64,000 bases of DNA from the human T2T-CHM13v2.0 reference genome, Homo sapiens. Positions 54,653-64,000 of the stretch are shown in pieces. The DNA is taken from NCBI RefSeq assembly GCF_009914755.1, contig NC_060930.1. One strand, 5' to 3'. How positions within the stretch are numbered: position 1 is the first letter of the stretch; each line of letters begins with the position of its first letter. Both the position numbers and the translations under genes were made by a program. The notes below the pieces were generated by a model that was not told where the DNA came from, ran no database searches, and saw only the letters and a list, made by a program, of their open reading frames with translations.

Positions 54653-57600
54653 TTCCTAAGGCCTCACGGGCATCTTTCTAGAGGATCGTGGAGCTCCTCC
54701 TCCTCCCTGAGGCCTCACGGGCGTCTTTCTAGAGGATCTCTGAGCTCCTCCTCCTTCCTGAGGCCTCACGGGCGTCTTTCTAGAGGATCTCCAAGCTCCT
54801 CCTCCTTCCTGAGGCCTCACGAGGGGCATCTTTCTAGAGGATCGCGGAGCTCCTCCTCCTTCCTGAGGCTTCACGGGCATCTTTCTAGAGGATCGCTGAG
54901 CTCCTCCTCCTTCCTGAGGCCTCACGGGCATCTTTCTAGAGGATGGCCGAGCTCCTCCTCCTTCCTGAGGCCTCACGGGCATCTTTCTAGAGGATCTCCG
55001 AGCTCCTCCTCCTTCCTGAGGCCTCACGGGCATCTTTCTAGAGGATCTCCGAGCTCCTCCTCCTTCCTGAGGCCTCACGGGCATCTTTCTAGAGGATCTC
55101 CGAGCTCCTCCTCCTTCCTGAGGCCTCACGGGCATCTTTCTAGAGGATGGCCGAGCTCCTCCTCCTTCCTGAGGCCTCACGGGCATCTTTCTAGAGGATC
55201 GCCGAGCTCCTCCTCCTTCCTGAGGCCTCACGGGCGTCTTTCTAGAGGATCTCCGAGCTCCTCCTCCTTCCTGAGGCCTCACGGGCATCTTTCTAGAGGA
55301 TGGCCGAGCTCCTCCTCCTTCCTGAGGCCTCACGGGCATCTTTCTAGAGGATCTCCGAGCTCCTCCTCCTTCCTGAGGCCTCACGGGCATCTTTCTAGAG
55401 GATCTCCGAGCTCCTCCTCCTTCCTGAGGCCTCACGGGCATCTTTCTAGAGGATGGCCGAGCTCCTCCTCCTTCCTGAGGCCTCACGGGCATCTTTCTAG
55501 AGGATCTCCGAGCTCCTCCTCCTTCCTGAGGCCTCACGGGCATCTTTCTAGAGGATCGCTGAGCTCCTCCTCCTTCCTGAGGCCTCACGGGCATCTTTCT
55601 AGAGGATGGCCGAGCTCCTCCTCCTTCCTGAGGCCTCACGGGCATCTTTCTAGAGGATCTCCGAGCTCCTCCTCCTTCCTGAGGCCTCACGGGCATCTTT
55701 CTAGAGGATCTCCGAGCTCCTCCTCCTTCCTGAGGCCTCACGGGCATCTTTCTAGAGGATCTCCGAGCTCCTCCTCCTTCCTGAGGCCTCACGGGCATCT
55801 TTCTAGAGGATGGCCGAGCTCCTCCTCCTTCCTGAGGCCTCACGGGCATCTTTCTAGAGGATCGCCGAGCTCCTCCTCCTTCCTGAGGCCTCACGGGCGT
55901 CTTTCTAGAGGATCTCCGAGCTCCTCCTCCTTCCTGAGGCCTCACGGGCATCTTTCTAGAGGATGGCCGAGCTCCTCCTCCTTCCTGAGGCCTCACGGGC
56001 ATCGTTCTAGAGGATCTCCGAGCTCCTCCTCCTTCCTGAGGCCTCACGGGCATCTTTCTAGAGGATCTCCGAGCTCCTCCTCCTTCCTGAGGCCTCACGG
56101 GCATCTTTCTAGAGGATGGCCGAGCTCCTCCTCCTTCCTGAGGCCTCACGGGCATCTTTCTAGAGGATCTCCGAGCTCCTCCTCCTTCCTGAGGCTTCAC
56201 GGGCATCTTTCTAGAGGATCGCTGAGCTCCTCCTCCTTCCTGAGGCCTCACGGGCATCTTTCTAGAGGATGGCCGAGCTCCTCCTCCTTCCTGAGGCCTC
56301 ACGGGCATCTTTCTAGAGGATCTCCGAGCTCCTCCTCCTTCCTGAGGCCTCACGGGCATCTTTCTAGAGGATCTCCGAGCTCCTCCTCCTTCCTGAGGCC
56401 TCACGGGCATCTTTCTAGAGGATCTCCGAGCTCCTCCTCCTTCCTGAGGCCTCACGGGCATCTTTCTAGAGGATGGCCGAGCTCCTCCTCCTTCCTGAGG
56501 CCTCACGGGCATCTTTCTAGAGGATCGCCGAGCTCCTCCTCCTTCCTGAGGCCTCACGGGCGTCTTTCTAGAGGATCTCCGAGCTCCTCCTCCTTCCTGA
56601 GGCCTCACGGGCATCTTTCTAGAGGATGGCCGAGCTCCTCCTCCTTCCTGAGGCCTCACGGGCATCTTTCTAGAGGATCTCCGAGCTCCTCCTCCTTCCT
56701 GAGGCCTCACGGGCATCTTTCTAGAGGATGGCCGAGCTCCTCCTCCTTCCTGAGGCCTCACGGGCATCTTTCTAGAGGATCGCCGAGCTCCTCCTCCTTC
56801 CTGAGGCCTCACGAGGGGCATCTTTCTAGAGGATCGCGGAGCTCCTCCTCCTTCCTGAGGCCTCACGGGCATCTTTCTAGAGGATCTCCGAGCTCCTCCT
56901 CCTTCCTGAGGCCTCACGAGCATCTTTCTAGAGGATCGCCGAGCTCCTCCTCCTTCCTGAGGCCTCACGGGCATCTTTCTAGAGGATGGCCGAGCTCCTC
57001 CTCCTTCCTGAGGCCTCACGGGCATCTTTCTAGAGGATCTCCGAGCTCCTCCTCCTTCCTGAGGCCTCGCGGGCATCTTTCTAGAGGATCTCCGAGCTCC
57101 TCCTTCTTCCTGAGGCCTCACGGGCATCTTTCTAGAGGATCTCCGAGCTCCTCCTCCTTCCTGAGGCCTCACGAGCATCTTTCTAGAGGATGGCCGAGCT
57201 CCTCCTCCTTCCTGAGGCCTCACGGGCATCTTTCTAGAGGATCTCCGAGCTCCTCCTCCTTCCTGAGGCCTCACGGGCATCTTTCTAGAGGATCTCCGAG
57301 CTCCTCCTCCTTCCTGAGGCCTCACGGGCATCTTTCTAGAGGATCGCCGAGCTCCTCCTCCTTCCTGAGGCCTCACGAGGGGCATCTTTCTAGAGGATCT
57401 CCGAGCTCCTCCTCCTTCCTGAGGCCTCACGGGCATCTTTCTAGAGGATCGCCGAGCTCCTCCTCCTTCCTGAGGCCTCACGAGGGGCATCTTTCTAGAG
57501 GATCTCCGAGCTCCTCCTCCTTCCTGAGGCCTCACGGGCATCTTTCTAGAGGATCGCCGAGCTCCTCCTCCTTCCTGAGGCCTCACGAGCATCTTTCTAG

Positions 57601-59118
57601 AGGATCGCCGAGCTCCTCCTCCTTCCTGAGGCCTCACGAGGGGCATCTTTCTAGAGGATCTCCGAGCTCCTCCTCCTTCCTGAGGCCTCACGAGGGGCAT
57701 CTTTCTAGAGGATGGCCGAGCTCCTCCTCCTTCCTGAGGCCTCACGAGTATCTTTCTAGAGGATCGCGGAGCTCCTCCTCCTTCCTGAGGCCTCACGGGC
57801 ATCTTTCTAGAGGATGGCCGAGCTCCTCCTCCTTCCTGAGGCCTCACGGGCATCTTTCTAGAGGATCGCCGAGCTCCTCCTCCTTCCTGAGGCCTCACGA
57901 GGGGCATCTTTCTAGAGGATCGCGGAGCTCCTCCTCCTTCCTGAGGCCTCACGGGCATCTTTCTAGAGGATCTCCGAGCTCCTCCTCCTTCCTGAGGCCT
58001 CACGAGCATCTTTCTAGAGGATCGCCGAGCTCCTCCTCCTTCCTGAGGCCTCACGGGCATCTTTCTAGAGGATGGCCGAGCTCCTCCTCCTTCCTGAGGC
58101 CTCACGGGCATCTTTCTAGAGGATCTCCGAGCTCCTCCTCCTTCCTGAGGCCTCACGGGCATCTTTCTAGAGGATCTCCGAGCTCCTCCTTCTTCCTGAG
58201 GCCTCACGGGCATCTTTCTAGAGGATCTCCGAGCTCCTCCTCCTTCCTGAGGCCTCACGGGCATCTTTCTAGAGGATCGCTGAGCTCCTCCTCCTTCCTG
58301 AGGCCTCACGGGCATCTTTCTAGAGGATGGCCGAGCTCCTCCTTCCTAAGGCCTCACAAGGGGCATCTTTCTAGAGGATCTCCGAGCTCCTCCTCCTTCC
58401 TGAGGCCTCACGGGCATCTTTCTAGAGGATGGCCGAGCTCCTCCTTCCTAAGGCCTCACAAGGGGCATCTTTCTAGAGGATCTCCGAGCTCCTCCTCCTT
58501 CCTGAGGCCTCACGGGCATCTTTCTAGAGGATCGCCGAGCTCCTCCTCCTTCCTAAGGCCTCATGGGCATCTTTCTAGAGGATCGCGGAGCTCCTCCTCA
58601 TTCCTGAGGCCTCATGGGCATCTTTCTAGAGGATGGCCGAGCTCCTCCTTCCTAAGGCCTCACAAGGGGCATCTTTCTAGAGGATCTCCGAGCTCCTCCT
58701 CCTTCCTGAGGCCTCACTGGCATCTTTCTAGAGGATCTCCGAGCTCCTCCTCCTTCCTAAGGCCTCACAAGGGGCATCTTTCTAGAGGATCTCCGAGCTC
58801 CTCCTCCTTCCTGAGGCCTCACGGGCATCTTTCTAGAGGATCGCCGAGCTCCTCCTCCTTCCTAAGGCCTCATGGGCATCTTTCTAGAGGATCGCGGAGC
58901 TCCTCCTCATTCCTGAGGCCTCATGGGCATCTTTCTAGAGGATGGCCGAGCTCCTCCTTCCTAAGGCCTCACAAGGGGCATCTTTCTAGAGGATCTCCGA
59001 GCTCCTCCTCCTTCCTGAGGCCTCACTGGCATCTTTCTAGAGGATCTCCGAGCTCCTCCTCCTTCCTAAGGCCTCACAAGGGGCATCTTTCTAGAGGATC
59101 GCCGAGCTCCTCCTCCTT
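54653..59118. repeat. Large VNTR, 51-bp unit (48-54-bp variants), about 87 copies
   Basis: gaggcctcacgggcatctttctagaggat(ctcc/ggcc/cgcc)gagctcctcctccttcct over about 4.46 kb. Confidence 0.98.
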
Positions 59119-59827
59119 GGGTTCCTTCCTGGAGTCACGGCCCCATGCGCCTCCCCAAGACGGAAATCTCCCGTGCTGTGGTGACACAGGACCTGTCATG
59201 TGCGAATTCACCCCTCCTTGTTCCCTCTACCAGCGTGATTAAGTCCTTTATAGAATAAGGACTTGTCTCCTGCCAGAGAGAACCACCCCCGTCAGCTCTG
59301 CCTGCAGAACGCTGCGTTCTGGGGTGCCGCAGGAGGGAGTGACAGTCACAGGTGGAAATTGTGTTCTGTGGCCTTCTCTTCCCAGGGGCCGTCATCAGTT
59401 TGTTTAAAGATCTTCTGCCCCCACAGTGGCCCTTACTAAAAGAAAATGGAATTGCATTTCTCCAATGAGTCTGAATTTCCCACATGCAGCCAGGTTTATC
59501 AGGTAAAATTGCATGGGTTAACAGCCCTCATCAACCACGATGTTTATATAAACATACACGAAGTTTCTTCTGACTCTGCTCTAATATCTTTAATATTTTA
59601 TATCATGCTCATCAAATTTTAAGAGGTTGATTTAATCCATCTTATTTTGCTTATGATAAGCTTTCAAATATCACATAAAATCCTCAAGAGAGACGTTTCA
59701 AGAATTTTTGAGAACAATTTCTATAGATGCAGTATGTTCCTGGATAAAGCACAGAAAGTATCTCGTGTCTGGATCATCAAACCATAAATTCTGTGCACTA
59801 ATAAAATTTCTGAAGAAGCGCTGTGGC

Positions 59828-60746
59828 GGTGCTGAGTCTTCCTGGGTGCTGCTGGAGAGGCATGAACAGGCGCCACGTGAACACGGCAGTGATGAGTTTC
59901 CTGGGTGCTGCTGGAGAGGAATGAACAGGTGCCATGTGAACACGGCAGTGATGAGTTTCCTGGGTGCTGCTGGAGAGGAATGAACAGGTGCCATGTGAAC
60001 ACGGCAGTGATGAGTTTCCTGGGTGCTGCTGGAGAGGCATGAACAGGTGCCATGTGAACACGGCAGTGATGAGTTTCCTGGGTGCTGCTGGAGAGGAATG
60101 AACAGGTGCCATGTGAACACGGCAGTGATGAGTTTCCTGGGTGCTGCTGGAGAGGAATGAACAGGTGCCATGTGAACACGGCAGTGATGAGTTTCCTGGG
60201 TGCTGCTGGAGAGGCATGAACAAGCGCCACGTGAACACGGCAGTGATGAGTTTCCTGGGTGCTGCTGGAGAGGAATGAACAGGTGCCATGTGAACACGGC
60301 AGTGATGAGTTTCCTGGGTGCTGCTGGAGAGGAATGAACAGGTGCCATGTGAACACGGCAGTGATGAGTTTCCTGGGTGCTGCTGGAGAGGAATGAACAG
60401 GTGCCATGTGAACACGGCAGTGATGAGTTTCCTGGGTGCTGCTGGAGAGGAATGAACAGGTGCCATGTGAACACGGCAGTGATGAGTTTCCTGGGTGCTG
60501 CTGGAGAGGAATGAACAGGTGCCATGTGAACACGGCAGTGATGAGTTTCCTGGGTGCTGCTGGAGAGGAATGAACAGGTGCCACGTGAACACGGCAGTGA
60601 TGAGTTTCCAGGGTGCTGCTGGAGGGGCATGAGCAAGCGCCACGTGAACACGGCAGTGCTAAGTCTTCCAGGGTGCTGCTGGAGAGGAATGAACAGGTGC
60701 CATGTGAACACGGCAGTGCTGAGTTTCCCGGGTGCTGCTGGAGAGG
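59828..60746. repeat. VNTR, 59-bp unit, about 15.5 copies
   Basis: gatgagtttcctgggtgctgctggagaggaatgaacaggtgccatgtgaacacggcagt in tandem. Confidence 0.97.
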
Positions 60747-63003
60747 CAGTTTCCGCCATCCTCAGCTGCTGCTCTCCGGAGGCGCAGTTCCATTGAGTGA
60801 TGCACCAAGTGCTCTGAGGATTTCTGCAAAGCAACAACCTCCAGAAACATTTAGCACAACCCCTGCTGTTTTCTGTTTCTTCCATGACCTAAAGTAACTT
60901 ACTGAGCAATTCAGAAAGAAATGCAAATCATCGTCCTTTTTATTTGTTACCAGTTTCCTCGTTATCGTTGAGGCAAAAGCCTCTTTACTATAACCCAGAG
61001 GTAGGTTTTGTTTTATGCACCTGTGCATTTGCTGAGCAAAACCTGGAGCCCACACAGAACTTATAAGACACAATCATATGAAATTTCAGTCATTGACAAA
61101 TTTCTTTCTGCTTCTTCTCTTGTTCATTAAACCGATTTTGAGCACCTACTGTGAGATTTGAATGATCCATGAGTTCTGAGCTTATTCTAAAAAATGTTGA
61201 TAAGAGCATTGTCATCGTGAAGACACGATGACTTCACTTTAATGTTTATCATCCACTCTTTCAAGTGGCTGAGTACAGCGTATGAGGTTGCCAGGGGAGA
61301 ATGATTGTTAGTCACTTTGGAATAGAAATATAGGGGAGAGTCTAAAAGGTAACATTTGTTTTTACATTCTTGCAGTGAAGACACAAAACGTATGCTTTTA
61401 CAAAATCTAATAGCAACATTTGGTAATATAGTCAGTAATGGACTAATCATAAAATTACGAATCTGATTATCCTCAGATGTTAAACAGAGTTGCTAGATAT
61501 GCTAAAATCAGGGTGGTTTCCATTAATACCATCACAATTATTTATTATCTCAAAAGAAATTTATTGAGTGCCTATTACAAGCCAGGCATCCTTTTAGCAT
61601 TGGAAAAATTATGCAATAGCTAACATTTGTGGAACTGTGTCAATATGCCACACTGCACCTATAATCGCTTTTAATCCCCAGAACAATCCTTTCTGCTGGG
61701 CTGTGATGTGGACGCACCACACCAGCTATGGCAGTGCTGAGCAGCTCTTATCAGCTTCCTACTGTGTTCCACCTGTCTGATATCACCTTTAGGGTCATAA
61801 AAGCTCTATAAACTATACACTGTAGTTAATCAGCTTCTAAGCAGGCTTAAAGCACCATTTGTGGAAAATCACTTCCAACTGGAGAGATTCGTGACGTCCC
61901 AGCCCAAGCTTCCTTCAGGCTGAGCAGAGAGGCTGCCCCTGCTGCTCCACCTGCGTGTTCCTGCTGCAGCCAACAACAGGTCACATGGTCTTTCATTCCT
62001 AGATGCTACCGCTCTCCCCCCAGGTGAGGGCCAGTCAGGAGGCGGTTGCCAGCACGCACTCATTCTCAGGTATTCCTGGCTTAACTATTTGGGGCAGAAG
62101 ATGGATGTCAGACATACATGTCTAAACAAAGGAGAAACTGAGTTTATTAACAAAAAGAGACCAACCTTTGCACATGGCAATATGAGGTCCTAGAATTTTT
62201 AAGTCATTGTTTTATTTGCATGTGAGTGAGTGTCAGTATTCATGTAGCACAATGCCTGGTGCACAGGCTGAGTATGAATACCTCTCATTATTATTCTTTA
62301 CCAGTTTTCAGTAACAAAGCTTGTTTTGGAAAGAGTGCAGTGGAAATTTTCACGATTTGGGGCTGAACAACTTTTAGATAGCGTGCACCTGTTCTGCTTA
62401 GATTTCACCTAAGTCAGACCTTGGGGAGACCCCAGGTGAGAAAGTGGATTTTCTTACAAGTCTCCCCCTCGTTTGGGGGTGGGGGATGGACGATGAACCG
62501 CATGTTGAGAATGAGGAGAGAGGGGTCACGCAGGGAGCCTCGGAGTCTAAACACGACCTTGCCCTGGGGCCCGCTCTGAGGAATCTCCAGCCTCAATGAC
62601 ACGTGGCTCGGAGCAGGGAGTGGAGAAGACTTCCAGCCACAGGGCTGGTTCTGCCTCGTCACATTCAGGAGTCCTGTGGGCATCAGATCTGCTCCTGGAT
62701 CCCCTCTCCCAGGCGACTGCCCATGCTGACTTGTGAGCTGTGCTGCGTGTTGAGCAGGAATGTCCATCACTGTGGGTATGCTGTTGAGAGATCCGTGATC
62801 ACAGCAGCATGCGAGGCTGCGGGAACTGGAGCCATGTGAGGTTCTGCCTCTCCTGCTGTGCCCCCCACGCTGGCAGGCCCTCCTGCTCCGGGGTGAAGGA
62901 GGACCACATCGTTCTTGGCAGTTCTCTGTGGCCTCCCAAGAGCTCTGCATGTGGGACGACGTCGCTGGATCCTGCTCACCTTTTGCCTTCTTCTTCCCCG
63001 CAG

Positions 63004-63190
63004 TGTCATCCTGTGACCAAGAGCACCAGTCTGCCCTGGAGGAAGCCAAGCAGCCCAAGAACGACAATGTGGTGATCCCTGAGTGTGCGCACGGCGGCCT
63101 CTACAAGCCAGTGCAGTGCCACCCCTCCACGGGGTACTGCTGGTGCGTCCTGGTGGACACGGGGCGCCCCATTCCCGGCACATCCACAAG
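63004..63190 (+). CDS. SMOC2: SMOC2 coding exon (probably exon 8), thyroglobulin type-1 domain 2, 187 nt, phase 1-2
   Basis: Strong tract cttttgccttcttcttccccgcAG and AAG|GTAAAT donor. The peptide has the thyroglobulin-1 signature IPEC...YKPVQCH...GYCWCV..TGRPIPGT (ORF 62928..63194) and is in frame with the exon ending at 12302. Confidence 0.98.
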
Positions 63191-63274
63191 GTAAATAGGG
63201 TGCACCCACCCCCCCCGGGACCATGGGAGGCTTTGGGGTGTGGAAGCCAGGAAAGCAGAACCCCCACTTCCCCC

Positions 63275-64000
63275 AACACACACCGACACACAGTCACACA
63301 CACACTCACACTCACACACACTGATACCACACACATACCCACACACACCCACGCTCTCACACACACCCACACACACTCATACCACACACACACTCATACC
63401 CACACACACTCATACCCACACACACCCATGGTCTCTCTCACACACACCCACACACATACCCACACACACCCACGCTCTCACACACCCACACACACACATA
63501 CCACACACACCCCCACACTGTTTCACACACACTCATACCCACACACAACCACTCACACGCACACAATCATACCACACACACCCACACTCACACACACACT
63601 GACACACACACATACCCCCCACACCCACACTCACACACACATTCGTACCCCCACACACCCACTCACACCCACACACAATCATACCCCACACACCCACTGA
63701 CACACACACACACTCATACCCCCACACACCCACACTCACACACACTCATACCCCCATACACACCCACACTCATACCACACACACCCACACACACATACCC
63801 CCACACACCCACACATACCCCCACACACCCACACACACTCATACCACACACACCCACACCCACACACACTCATACCCACACTCACACACTCCCCTACACA
63901 CTCTCACACTCTCACACACACACCCACAGTCACACACAACCACTAATACTCTCACACACTCATACCCACACTCATACAATCCCCCAAACACCCCCCCACA
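63275..64000. repeat. CA-rich low-complexity tract (cacacac/ctcatacc), running off the window end
   Basis: More than 700 bp almost devoid of G on the + strand. Confidence 0.95.

Noticed and set aside
62928-63003. N-terminal part of ORF 62928..63194 as coding
   Set aside because: It is the intron's branch point and polypyrimidine region. Coding starts at 63004.

Overview
Primate, almost certainly human, genomic DNA from inside SMOC2 (SPARC-related modular calcium-binding protein 2, 6q27), gene on the + strand. Four coding exons are recoverable with GT-AG boundaries: 6726-6773, 10218-10268 (in-frame alternative acceptor at 10185), 12228-12302 and 63004-63190. They splice in frame to give ...GSVNEKLPQREGTGKT-DDAAAPALETQPQGDEE-DIASRYPTLWTEQVKSRQNKTNKNS-VSSCDQEHQSALEEAKQPKNDNVVIPECAHGGLYKPVQCHPSTGYCWCVLVDTGRPIPGTSTR..., which is the SMOC linker plus most of the second thyroglobulin type-1 domain (probably exons 5-8; numbering is from memory). 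The rest is intron, including one 50.7 kb intron. It holds Alu, L1, MIR/L2, MaLR/ERV1 LTRs, DNA transposons and about 12 unrelated minisatellites (about 12 kb in total). Almost every ORF in the supplied track is spurious, and no prokaryotic-type or CRISPR system is present. The most notable unexplained structure is: (i) three short segments duplicated 1.9-3.6 kb apart, two with insertion signatures; (ii) a 4.5 kb 51-bp VNTR with 663-bp higher-order periodicity and a 1219-codon antisense ORF; (iii) several VNTRs that multimerise transcription-factor motifs (TEAD, CRE, E-box). All functional readings are inference. Repeat-family names come from recalled consensus sequences, not from a search.
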